64,000 nucleotides of DNA, taken from the NCBI GenBank assembly GCA_021323855.1, contig JAJPKE010000001.1, forward strand, positions 8,662 to 72,661. The letters are read 5' to 3'. Shown piece after piece: positions 15,047 through 23,849 of this stretch. A program made the translations under genes and the position numbers. This stretch comes from Chloroflexota bacterium. Its GTDB lineage: Bacteria; Chloroflexota; Ktedonobacteria; Ktedonobacterales; JADMIN01. The notes under the pieces were generated by a model. That model did no database searches. It saw only the letters and a program-made list of their open reading frames with translations, and was not told the origin of the DNA. How positions within the stretch are numbered: the first letter of the stretch is position 1; each line of letters opens with the position of its first letter.

Positions 15047-16978
15047 CTAGCTCAGCGCACAGGACCAGAGCGTGTATTGCCCTTCAGTCGTGGCAATCAG
15101 CGCGTGGATGGCGGCTGGCGAACCATTGCGGGCTGGCGTGAGCCACGCATCTGCGAATCCGTAGCCTGCGCCGGTAGACTGCAAAATATCCGCGCTTTGT
15201 GGCACGGCCAGCGCCCCTGAGAGTTGTGTCCAGCCGCTATCTCCCGGCTTCCAGGCATAGAATGCGACATTGCCGCCGTGGGAGCCGTTCGCCGCTGCGC
15301 TGCCGAGCCGCGTATCGAAGTCCAGAACCAGTGAGCCATCGCCCAGCGTGCCAATGGCTTCCAGCGCCGCGCGTTGGCCGGATGGAATATTCGCCGTTGG
15401 CGCGGCCTGCCAGGTCTTGCCGTTATCCACGCTGGCATAGACGTTATCCGGCGCGATGCCCGTTGTCGGCGCATTAGCGGGCGGAGTGCCCGTCAGAAAG
15501 TGCGCCTCAGATGCGCCGTAGTAGACAACGGTTTTGCCGCCGATGGTGGCTGCGCCCAACAGATAGGTCATCCCATACTGAGCGGGCGACTCTGGGAACT
15601 CGCCGAGGTCCGTCCAGTGCGCGCCGCCATCATCGCTGCGCCAGAACTCGCGGTTGATGCCGCCAACTGAGGAGATTGGCCGCGTGGTGGCGAAGAGCGT
15701 CGAGCCATCAGGCGTTGCGGCATATTCCATCACCCTCAGGTTTTGCACCGCCAGCGGTGCATCCGCCGCGCTCCAATGAATGCCATCGCTGCTGCTCACC
15801 AGCCGGAAACCCTGGGACTCTGCGCCGTTGATATCAGGCGCGAGTGCGGTATAGAGACGGTTGCCCTGGGCGACGAACGGCGGGATGAGACCATAGCCGC
15901 CGGTGAAGTAGAAGCTGCCGAGCGCACCCTGTATTGGCGTCTGCGGCGTGGCCCAGGTGGCGCCGCCATCGGTGCTGACATACTGGAACGTGCATGTGTA
16001 ACCGCCGGAGAGAACCGCCGTTTCTGCCATCAGATTGCTATTCCTCCCGGAAACGTCGCCCAGCGGTCCCGCTGGCGGGCAATTGGGATTGGATGGGTTA
16101 GACCATATCGTCGCAAAGACCATCTGCGCATCCAACGGGCTAACCTGAAGAGTGAGGCTGGCCTGTGGATCGTTGACGATCTTCTGGCTGGGCACCGTGT
16201 ACGTCTTCCAGGCCTTGCCGCCGTCATCCGAGCGTTGGAACGCCAGGCCGCTGGTAAGCACCCGATAGATGACGCTGGGGTCGCCCGGCGCAACGGTGAT
16301 TGCATCTTTCGTGCTGAGCGTGTACTGCTTGACCCACTTGCCAGGCTGCGTGTTGTGTATCGCAGGATTGTTAGGATTACGTTGTGTGCCATGCCCCTGG
16401 CCAGCGAAGCTGTGCATCACCAGCGCGAAGACGGCGATCAATGCAATGACCGCTGCCACGGCAACGCTCGCGCGCCAGCGGCTCGCTGCTCTGGCTGGCT
16501 GACTTGGCCGGCTGGGCAGATCTGCGCGCACGGGCGCGGTTGACCGCTCCTGTTTCGTTCGCATCTTGGTTCCTCTATGGTTGAGATGAACGAGCGTACT
16601 GTTCGCCTGGTTCGCCTCTAGCTCATCTGATTCGTCTATCAGGTATAGCAACTCTATCTGGTCGAGTTCATGCTCCTGGTTGGGTGCGTTGGATTCGGGG
16701 AAATCGAACACTGCCGCCCGCTGACGGATATCGTCGAGCGACAGGAAAGGGGTTGCGCTTTCTGCGCCGCTGTTGGGGATGCCATAGTGCCGGCGCACTG
16801 CATCTTCGATCACCTGCGCTGAAGCCGCCTCCGCCTGCGCGCGACAGGTGGCGCAACTGCGCAGATGCTCGCATAGCGCCTGCTGTTCGGCGAAAGAAAA
16901 CGTGCCCGCGCGTAGCCCCGGCAGCGCCGTGATATACCGGGTGCAGGGCGGCTTCTGTGCGTCTGGAAAAGTGGTCAT
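15047..16978 (-). CDS. Anti-sigma factor with extracytoplasmic BNR/Asp-box repeat (propeller-like) domain
   Basis: N-terminal zf-HC2-like CEHLRSCATCRAQAEAA, one TM (WRASVAVAAVIALIAVFALVM), then ~430 aa with Asp-box repeats SDDGGKAWK, STDGGATW, SSDGIHW, SDDGGAHW, VDNGKTW. The start overlaps the sigma stop by 4 nt. Confidence 0.8.
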   Translation of the reverse strand: MTTFPDAQKPPCTRYITALPGLRAGTFSFAEQQALCEHLRSCATCRAQAEAASAQVIEDAVRRHYGIPNSGAESATPFLSLDDIRQRAAVFDFPESNAPNQEHELDQIELLYLIDESDELEANQANSTLVHLNHRGTKMRTKQERSTAPVRADLPSRPSQPARAASRWRASVAVAAVIALIAVFALVMHSFAGQGHGTQRNPNNPAIHNTQPGKWVKQYTLSTKDAITVAPGDPSVIYRVLTSGLAFQRSDDGGKAWKTYTVPSQKIVNDPQASLTLQVSPLDAQMVFATIWSNPSNPNCPPAGPLGDVSGRNSNLMAETAVLSGGYTCTFQYVSTDGGATWATPQTPIQGALGSFYFTGGYGLIPPFVAQGNRLYTALAPDINGAESQGFRLVSSSDGIHWSAADAPLAVQNLRVMEYAATPDGSTLFATTRPISSVGGINREFWRSDDGGAHWTDLGEFPESPAQYGMTYLLGAATIGGKTVVYYGASEAHFLTGTPPANAPTTGIAPDNVYASVDNGKTWQAAPTANIPSGQRAALEAIGTLGDGSLVLDFDTRLGSAAANGSHGGNVAFYAWKPGDSGWTQLSGALAVPQSADILQSTGAGYGFADAWLTPARNGSPAAIHALIATTEGQYTLWSCALS

Positions 16979-17553
16979 CGGCTTGAAGTCTCCTGCGTTT
17001 GTGGGTTACGCGCCAGATAGTCCGCGCGCAGCCATTGCTTGGCGCGGGCCAATCGTTTCTTCGCCGCTTCGTGCGAGATGCCGGTGATTTCGGCAATCTC
17101 CGCCGTAGTGAAGCCATGCACGATGCTGAGCAGCAGCAACGCGACGCTTTCCGGTGGCAGCGCCGCGAAGGTGGCGCGCAGTACCTCTGCTTCCAGCACC
17201 GTATCCTCGAAGGGGAGCGTCAGCAATGGCGTCTCGCCCGCGTGCTCCGTCGTTGCTTCCAGCGACTCCCAGCGGATCAGCCGGCGACGACGCAGCGCCG
17301 ACACCGCGCGCCAGTAGGCTGCATTGAAGAGCCAGCGCCGGATGGCCTCTTCGTCACCCTGCCCATCGAACGGGGCAGCGGCTCGCTGCACTGCGCGCCA
17401 GGCATCAACAAAGACATCCTGCACGAGATCACGCGCTTGCTCATTGTCGCTGATGAACCCACGCACGAAGCCGTAGAGTGGCCACTGGAAGCGGTTGAGC
17501 AGGTTGGCAAACGTTCCAGGCGTCAGCAGTTTTGGCGCGGAGGTGTCGTTCAT
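16975..17553 (-). CDS. ECF-type RNA polymerase sigma factor
   Basis: Region 2 ([16 protein letters not shown] ... [19 protein letters not shown]) and region 4 ([41 protein letters not shown]). Confidence 0.9.
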   Translation of the reverse strand: MNDTSAPKLLTPGTFANLLNRFQWPLYGFVRGFISDNEQARDLVQDVFVDAWRAVQRAAAPFDGQGDEEAIRRWLFNAAYWRAVSALRRRRLIRWESLEATTEHAGETPLLTLPFEDTVLEAEVLRATFAALPPESVALLLLSIVHGFTTAEIAEITGISHEAAKKRLARAKQWLRADYLARNPQTQETSSR

Positions 17554-17832
17554 GTCTGCCTTTCGGCTCCCCTTTCATCCAATGTCCCAATGGCCACTTC
17601 ACCACGATCAACGAGTAACAATCAGCGCGCTGCGCCCTGCGATTTTCCCCTTCGCCAGAGTATCCGCACGAACGCTGCATTTGGGGACAGGAATATAGAT
17701 GAAAAATGGAGGACACAGAATAAAGATAGAAAAATAGAAAGATATATGCTACGTCATGAATGGTACACTGGTAGTGTCGCGTGCGGCGCTTTGAGAACTT
17801 TTGTGGACATTGATGAAGAGAGCGGCAAACCA

Positions 17833-18378
17833 ATGAGTGGGCGTATCAACATCGTGCAGGGTGACATTACAAAACTGGCGGTGGACGCCATTGTCAACGC
17901 CGCCAATTCCTCGCTCCTGGGCGGCGGCGGCGTAGATGGCGCTATTCACCGCGCCGCCGGGCCACAACTCGTGGAGGAGTGCCGCACACTCGGCGGCTGC
18001 CCCACCGGCGAGGCGCGCATCACCCGTGGCTACCGGCTGCCCGCGCAGTATGTCATCCATACGGTCGGCCCGGTGTGGGACGGCGGCGCATATGGTGAGG
18101 CGAACCTATTAGCGAACTGCTATCGCAACAGCCTGGCGCTGGCCGTCGAGCGAGGCATCCAGACGATTGCGTTTCCGGCGATCAGCACCGGCATCTTTGG
18201 CTATCCCATTGCGGACGCCACTCGCATCGCTATCCGCGAGACGCTGCACTTCCTGGCGAACCACGAGACGCCGGCGCAGGTCACATTCGTCTGTTTCGGC
18301 GACGAGGTCTATCATGCCTATCAGCGCCTATTGGCTGAGGCAGAGCGTGAAACTGGAGAGAAAGACGAGTCAATGTGA
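17833..18378 (+). CDS. Macro domain protein (O-acetyl-ADP-ribose deacetylase / YmdB-like)
   Basis: 181-aa C-terminal part of ORF 16999..18378, from Met 17833. Motifs [37 protein letters not shown] and [13 protein letters not shown]. Confidence 0.9.
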   Translation: MSGRINIVQGDITKLAVDAIVNAANSSLLGGGGVDGAIHRAAGPQLVEECRTLGGCPTGEARITRGYRLPAQYVIHTVGPVWDGGAYGEANLLANCYRNSLALAVERGIQTIAFPAISTGIFGYPIADATRIAIRETLHFLANHETPAQVTFVCFGDEVYHAYQRLLAEAERETGEKDESM

Positions 18379-18977
18379 TGGCTGAAGCGATGCAATATAG
18401 TGCCTATAGTGCATCGGCGCTCTGGCGCAACCTGCTGGTTCCTGGTATGGACTATTGCGCGCTCTGGCACGACAACCATACATGGCAATTGGAAGGCGAA
18501 GTTGTACAACTCTTTGCGGGGCAGCCAGGGCAGGCAAGCTATCAAGTGCAGTGCGATGATCGCTGGCACACCCGTGCCGTCTCAATCGAACTGGACATCA
18601 GTGGCGTCCGCCGCTCTCTCTATCTCACCGTTGCCGAAGGTCGCTGGTATGCTGGATCGGAAGAGTTGACCGCCCTGCGCGGTTGCGTGGATGTTGATTT
18701 GGGTTTGACGCCCGCTACCAATACGTTGCCCATCCGCCGCATCGCACCGGCAGTTGGCGACCACTGCGACGTAGTAGCCGCCTGGGTGTCCTTTCCAGCG
18801 TTGCAAATTGAGCCGCTTGTTCAGCGGTATACGCACCTGGAAGCCATACGCTATCGTTACGAAACATTTGACACCAGTGATATGCGCGGCGCGCCAGCCT
18901 TTTCCGCCGAACTAACCGTAGACCACGACGGTCTCGTCGTGGAGTATGCTGGCTGGTGGGAGCGCGTAATCGCATGA
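18375..18977 (+). CDS. Putative glycolipid-binding domain protein (DUF1089-like)
   Basis: The start overlaps the macro stop. [24 protein letters not shown] and [19 protein letters not shown] match my recollection of that family. Confidence 0.7.
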   Translation: MMAEAMQYSAYSASALWRNLLVPGMDYCALWHDNHTWQLEGEVVQLFAGQPGQASYQVQCDDRWHTRAVSIELDISGVRRSLYLTVAEGRWYAGSEELTALRGCVDVDLGLTPATNTLPIRRIAPAVGDHCDVVAAWVSFPALQIEPLVQRYTHLEAIRYRYETFDTSDMRGAPAFSAELTVDHDGLVVEYAGWWERVIA

Positions 18978-19097
18978 GCGGGCAATGAGTACGAGCTACA
19001 CTGGCGGCTAGATACAGGGCAACCCTGCGTGAATGTGAACGTATCTGGACATATGGACATATGTGTGAGTTCTATTCGAGAGAAGGGGCGAACAGCA

Positions 19098-19556
19098 ATG
19101 GAAGACTGGAAACTGGATCGCATTGGCTCGGCGGAGCGTGGCGAGAATCCGATGGTGATGGCGCATATGCGGAGTGGCTTCGCCGTGATCGGCGATACGC
19201 AGTTCTTGCCCGGCTATTGTGTGCTGCTGGCCTCGCCTAAAGTGGAGTCGCTCAATGACCTTACCCCGGAGCAGCGCGCGCAGTTCCTGGAGGATATGAC
19301 GATACTCGGCGATGCCGTGGCCGAAGCCTGCCAGCCGGTAGAGCGCATGAACTACGCCATCATCGGCAATAATCATCGCTATCTACTGGCGCATATCTTC
19401 CCCCGCTATGCCGGTGAATACGCGGAATATTTCAGTCAATCGCCTTTCAATTATCCACGCGAAAAATGGTACGCGCCGCAGTATCACTATAGCGACGAGC
19501 AGCACGGTGAGCTGCGGGCGCGCATCACCGAGGCGCTGCAACGTCGTATGGGATAG
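19098..19556 (+). CDS. HIT-like protein with degenerate histidine triad
   Basis: Trimmed to Met 19098 after GAAGGGG. FLPGYCVLL...LNDL...FLEDMTILGDAV...ERMNYAIIGNN..LLAHIFPRY resembles HIT-type nucleotide hydrolases/transferases, but only one His of HxHxH remains. Confidence 0.55.
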   Translation: MEDWKLDRIGSAERGENPMVMAHMRSGFAVIGDTQFLPGYCVLLASPKVESLNDLTPEQRAQFLEDMTILGDAVAEACQPVERMNYAIIGNNHRYLLAHIFPRYAGEYAEYFSQSPFNYPREKWYAPQYHYSDEQHGELRARITEALQRRMG

Positions 19557-19592
19557 TCCTTATCTCGTTTATCTCGTTCCAGTTCGTCTTCG

Positions 19593-20267
19593 TCACTCTA
19601 TCTTGCGCAACAACGCGCGGGCTGGCGCGCCGTCGCTGCCGATGATTTTGAGTGGCAGGCAGAGCAACTCATAGGTTCCCGCCTGCACCTGTGTAAGGTT
19701 CAATCCTTCGATAATCCAGATGCCCGCGCCCAGCAGCGCGTGATGCGTCTCAGCGCCATCTTTGAAGTAGCCACCGACCGAAAGATAATCTATCCCGACC
19801 GTCTGGATGCCGACCTCTGCCAAATAGTGCGCGGCCTCGTGTGAGATATAGACGAAATCCTTCACGAACTCGTCGGTCTCCCAGCAGCGCGGCGAGTTGC
19901 GTGTCTTCAAGAGGATGCGTTCGCCGCGCTGAATGTTATAGGGTTTGAGTTCATCGGGCTTCACCGATTCAGGATCGTGGATTTCCAGGACACGCGCTGG
20001 CCCCATCGTCGCAGTGAGCGGCAGCGTCTCGATGCCGTTGCCGCCCGGTATGAAGTGCGCGGGCGCATCCATATGCGTGCCGTTATGCACGCTCGTGGTG
20101 ATGGCGGATACGTTGGCCGCGTCGCCGCGATCAATCGCCAGCGTATGCGTGCGCTCGAACGCCTGGTTATCCGGCCAGTGCGCCATACCATTGTGCAGCG
20201 GCGCCGACACATCCAGCCAGCCGCCGGTGATATCTGTCTCGTTCGCTTTCGTCGTTTCGTTCGCCAT
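19593..20267 (-). CDS. Cyclase family protein / arylformamidase (kynurenine formamidase-like)
   Basis: HNGTHMDAPAHF matches the HxGTHxDxPxH metal-binding signature. Confidence 0.85.
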   Translation of the reverse strand: MANETTKANETDITGGWLDVSAPLHNGMAHWPDNQAFERTHTLAIDRGDAANVSAITTSVHNGTHMDAPAHFIPGGNGIETLPLTATMGPARVLEIHDPESVKPDELKPYNIQRGERILLKTRNSPRCWETDEFVKDFVYISHEAAHYLAEVGIQTVGIDYLSVGGYFKDGAETHHALLGAGIWIIEGLNLTQVQAGTYELLCLPLKIIGSDGAPARALLRKIE

Positions 20268-20310
20268 TAGTGTTTCTCCTCGTTAACCGCTCGTTGATTC
20301 CGCGCTACAT

Positions 20311-20835
20311 TTACATATGAGAAGAAGCTTGGCGTTTTTGATTGAGAACAGAAGCGACTTTCTTCTCAAAAGCCTCTCTGACAGCATCTATTTTCCATCG
20401 CACTCGTTCGCGTTTCTTGGCAAGAATCTGCTGAAGTTCTGTTTCTACTGCCTTCACAACGTCATCAGGGCTACCCTGTGCATGTAAGATGAGGTCATTC
20501 ATAGTTGCTGGCGCATGTTCACGGCTGGTCGTACTATTGCAGAAAGAGCAGGCTGTAACAGTGTTAGCTGCTTCGATCCGTTTCGCAAGCTCCCTTACCT
20601 GCAACTGAGGCAAGTCGGGAAATCGCTGAGCAACAACCTCTTGGATTTCTTTCAAATAACCACCCTGTGACTCACCGATGATATGCTCCCAGGTGAACTG
20701 TCGCCAGAGATCAAAGTCTACAGTCGAACCAGCATTGCAGCCGCAAAGTTGGCATATCCCAGCGCTACGCTCGTGGACCTGTTGAGCATAACCAAAAAGC
20801 GATGAACAATTGTGTGCATTGTAGGGCTTATCCAT
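20311..20835 (-). CDS. HNH (His-Me finger) nuclease-like protein in an AT-richer islet
   Basis: ORF 20311..21324 trimmed to Met 20835 (MDKPYNAH). CQLCGC ... FTWEHIIGESQGG ... AANTV ... CSFCN gives a CxxC / H / N / CxxC arrangement. C-terminal K/E/R-rich helical tail. Local GC is visibly lower than in the flanks. Confidence 0.6.
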   Translation of the reverse strand: MDKPYNAHNCSSLFGYAQQVHERSAGICQLCGCNAGSTVDFDLWRQFTWEHIIGESQGGYLKEIQEVVAQRFPDLPQLQVRELAKRIEAANTVTACSFCNSTTSREHAPATMNDLILHAQGSPDDVVKAVETELQQILAKKRERVRWKIDAVREAFEKKVASVLNQKRQASSHM

Positions 20836-20959
20836 AGTTATTCCTCTCAGTCTAAGAAAGTGGTATAGCCTTTCAGCACTGCAAATGCCAAAGGCCATTG
20901 CAACCGCACTATAGACTAAAGTATCACAAGCTATACCCCTATGAATTTGCCTGACACCC

Positions 20960-22381
20960 CTATTCCAGATATTCCATCTGCTCCAACTCCTTGCCTTTGG
21001 TCTCGCGGATGAAGCGCAGGACGAAGAGGAACGAGAGAATCGCTGAGGCGGTGTAGAGGCCGTAGGCGAGACCCAGGCTGGCCGATTGCAGCGGCGGGAA
21101 GGTGGTCGAGACGATGAAGTTGGCGATCCATTGCGCCGCCGCCGCCACCGAGAGCGCAATCGCGCGAATGCGGTTGGGAAACATCTCGCCGAGCAGCACC
21201 CAGACCACCGGCCCCCAGGAGAAGCCGAAGAACACCACAAAGAGGTTCGCCGCCACCAGCGCAATCGGCCCAGTCGCGCCGTTGAGGATGGGCTGGCCGG
21301 CGCTGTTGAGCGGCGCCGTGCCAAAGATCAGCGCCAGCGTGCCCAGCGTCACCGTCATGCCCGCCGAACCGACCAGGAGCAGCGGTCTCCGCCCCACATG
21401 GTCTATCAGCGAGATGGCGATAAAGGTCGTCAGGATGTTGATGACGCTGGTGATAACGGTGATGGCCAGCGAACTACTCTCCGAGAAGCCGACGGCATGC
21501 CACAGTACGCTCGAATAATAGAAGATGACGTTGATGCCTACAAACTGCTGGAATACCGAGAGGATGATGCCAGTCCAGACAATCGGCAGGAGACCAAAAC
21601 GCCCGCCGACCAGATCACCGAGCCTGGAGCGCCGTTCGGTGGCGAGTGTCTTCTGAATCTCCGCCACTTTGCCTGGCGCTTCTTCACCGATGATCGTCTG
21701 CAATATGCCTTCCGCCTCATCGTTCCGGCCCCGGGCGACGAGGTAGCGCGGCGATTCAGGGATGAGCAGGGCGAGCAAGCCATAGGCCGCAGCGGGAATC
21801 ATCTCCGCCCAGAACATCCAGCGCCAGGCGGGCGCATTCAGCGCAAAGATGTCATCAGGCGAGCCAGCGATGGTGGCGATGGCATAGTCGCTGAGCAGGG
21901 CGATGAAGATGCCGGTGACGATGGCAAGTTGTTGCAGTGACCCCAGCCGCCCGCGCATGCTGGCCGGCGCAACCTCAGCGATGTAGGCCGGTGAGACGAC
22001 GCTGGCGACGCCGACCGCGACGCCGCCGATGAAGCGCCAGATGCTGAAATCCCAGATGGCGTTCGCTATGCCGGTACCAAAGGCGCTGACGAAGAAGATC
22101 ACGGCGGCGCCGATCATCATGCGCACGCGCCCAAAGCGGTCCGCCAGCGAGCCAGCGAACCACGCGCCCACTGCGGAGCCGATCAGCGCGGCGGAGACGG
22201 AGAGGCCCAGCACAAACGGTCCGGCGCTGAAGGCGCGTTGCACCGAGGCCACCGCGCCGTTGATGACGGCAGTGTCGAAGCCGAAGAGAAAGCCGCCGAG
22301 CGCAGCGACCACTGCAATCAGGGTGACACGCGAGGTCTGTTGTTGCCGTTGGTGCCGTGGCACCGTTCTCAGTTCGCTCAT
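20960..22381 (-). CDS. MFS sugar porter family transporter
   Basis: GRRPLLLVGSAGM, PESPRYL, WGPVVWVLLGEMFPNRIRA, RETKGKELEQ. Start set at ATG 22381, preceded by GGAGGAGACAG. Confidence 0.9.
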   Translation of the reverse strand: MSELRTVPRHQRQQQTSRVTLIAVVAALGGFLFGFDTAVINGAVASVQRAFSAGPFVLGLSVSAALIGSAVGAWFAGSLADRFGRVRMMIGAAVIFFVSAFGTGIANAIWDFSIWRFIGGVAVGVASVVSPAYIAEVAPASMRGRLGSLQQLAIVTGIFIALLSDYAIATIAGSPDDIFALNAPAWRWMFWAEMIPAAAYGLLALLIPESPRYLVARGRNDEAEGILQTIIGEEAPGKVAEIQKTLATERRSRLGDLVGGRFGLLPIVWTGIILSVFQQFVGINVIFYYSSVLWHAVGFSESSSLAITVITSVINILTTFIAISLIDHVGRRPLLLVGSAGMTVTLGTLALIFGTAPLNSAGQPILNGATGPIALVAANLFVVFFGFSWGPVVWVLLGEMFPNRIRAIALSVAAAAQWIANFIVSTTFPPLQSASLGLAYGLYTASAILSFLFVLRFIRETKGKELEQMEYLE

Positions 22382-22483
22382 CTGTCTCCTCCACATCGAG
22401 GGTTGCGCGTCCTGCCCCTGCGCTGGAGCCGCCGATCTGGATAACGCCCGGATTTCGCCAAGCTTGACTAGCCACGTCCCGCG

Positions 22484-23611
22484 CTAGTGTTGATGCTGTT
22501 GTTGGGTCGGCAGAACGTCAATGAAGATTTTGATGGCATCCGCGTTTTCGTTGAGATTGCGCACCATATCTGCGTAGTTTTCCAGCCCGCGCACCGGCGT
22601 CGTCAGCAACTTTGCCAGCCAGCCGGGATACGTTGCCTCGGCGGCCAGCAGGTCGTTGACGCCGCTGACGAAATCGGCGTGCGAGGCGTTGACGGTGCCA
22701 AACATCACCTTGTTGCCCAGCACGAACCCCTGGTTGATGCGATCTGCTGGAATCTGGGCAGTCGTCTCGCCACCAGTGACGCTTTCCAGCACCAGCACGC
22801 CATTGGCGGCCAGCGCATCAGCCGCCGCCTCGAAGATCAGTGGACTATGGCCGCTCGCCTCGATGATGAGGTCGAACTCGCCGTACTGCGCAGCGACCTG
22901 AGCGAGCGTCTGCGTCTTTGAGCTGATATACCGGCCACCAATCTCCTCGATGAGATCAGCCTTGAGATTGGGCGGCTTCTTGCGCGAATAACAGACCACT
23001 TCCATCCCGCGCAACCGTAGCGCCAGCGCCGCCAGCAGGCCGATTGGCCCGGCCCCCAGCACGGCGGCGCGTTGTGGTTCCCAAACTTTGAGCCGCCGCT
23101 GTATCTCGAACGTCTGGTTGATGCCTTTTTCAGAGACGGAGAGCGGTTCCAGCAGCACGCCCACCTCACGCAGCGAGTCTGGCAGCGGCACGAGATAGGC
23201 AGCATCTTCGACGTAATATTCCGCCAGATAGCCGTGGCGCAGGTTGATGCCGCGCTCATAGTAGGTGTTGTCGGTTGTCATGTCCTGAAGGCCGATCTGG
23301 TCGTAGACGCTGTTACCGGGGCGTCGCACCGTCGCCACCACATAGGTGCCGGGGGCCAGAGTCGCGGGCACATTTGGCCCTACCTCGACGACTCGGCCCA
23401 GGTTCTCGTGTCCAATGATGAGGTAGCGTGACCCCTCCGGCGCCTGTCCGTATTTCGCCTCGTTGATTTCTTTATCGGTGCCGCAGGCGCCCACACGCAC
23501 CACCTGCACCAGCACTCCACGCCCGCCGGGAATATCGCTGACCTTTGGCTTAGGCACATCTTCGAGGTGCAGCGAATCAGGTGTGCCGGGATAGACGGCG
23601 ATGGCTTTCAT
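22484..23611 (-). CDS. Zinc-dependent dehydrogenase, glucose 1-dehydrogenase-like (MDR family)
   Basis: [24 protein letters not shown], Rossmann [10 protein letters not shown]. The N-terminus resembles archaeal-type glucose dehydrogenases. Confidence 0.8.
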   Translation of the reverse strand: MKAIAVYPGTPDSLHLEDVPKPKVSDIPGGRGVLVQVVRVGACGTDKEINEAKYGQAPEGSRYLIIGHENLGRVVEVGPNVPATLAPGTYVVATVRRPGNSVYDQIGLQDMTTDNTYYERGINLRHGYLAEYYVEDAAYLVPLPDSLREVGVLLEPLSVSEKGINQTFEIQRRLKVWEPQRAAVLGAGPIGLLAALALRLRGMEVVCYSRKKPPNLKADLIEEIGGRYISSKTQTLAQVAAQYGEFDLIIEASGHSPLIFEAAADALAANGVLVLESVTGGETTAQIPADRINQGFVLGNKVMFGTVNASHADFVSGVNDLLAAEATYPGWLAKLLTTPVRGLENYADMVRNLNENADAIKIFIDVLPTQQQHQH

Positions 23612-23849
23612 ATGGCGCTCTCCTCCAATTCCTTCGGTGCTGCGGCGCTCAGACGCATCTGTAGACCAAACTCGCGCCTATTCCTGTGGTTTCGGCAAGA
23701 AGTACACCACCAGTCTCCACTCCCGCAGCGCACTAGACCGGCATCCATCGCATCGTGCATAATGCCAGGGTGACGAGCGCAGAAGAGGGCAACGATGGCA
23801 AAGCGGCAATTCAGCGCATAGATGACTGCGATGACTGATGAGGGGCGCG

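Noticed and set aside
16999-17832. First 278 codons of the 459-aa plus-strand ORF upstream of the macro domain.
   Set aside because: It is antisense to the ECF sigma factor gene, the composition is Arg-rich shadow-frame, and macro-domain homology begins only at Met 17833.
20836-21324. Upstream part of ORF 20311..21324 (Arg/Ser/Pro-rich).
   Set aside because: It overlaps the 3-prime end of the sugar porter gene in another frame. The composition is typical of out-of-frame high-GC translation, and the real HNH-like protein starts at Met 20835.
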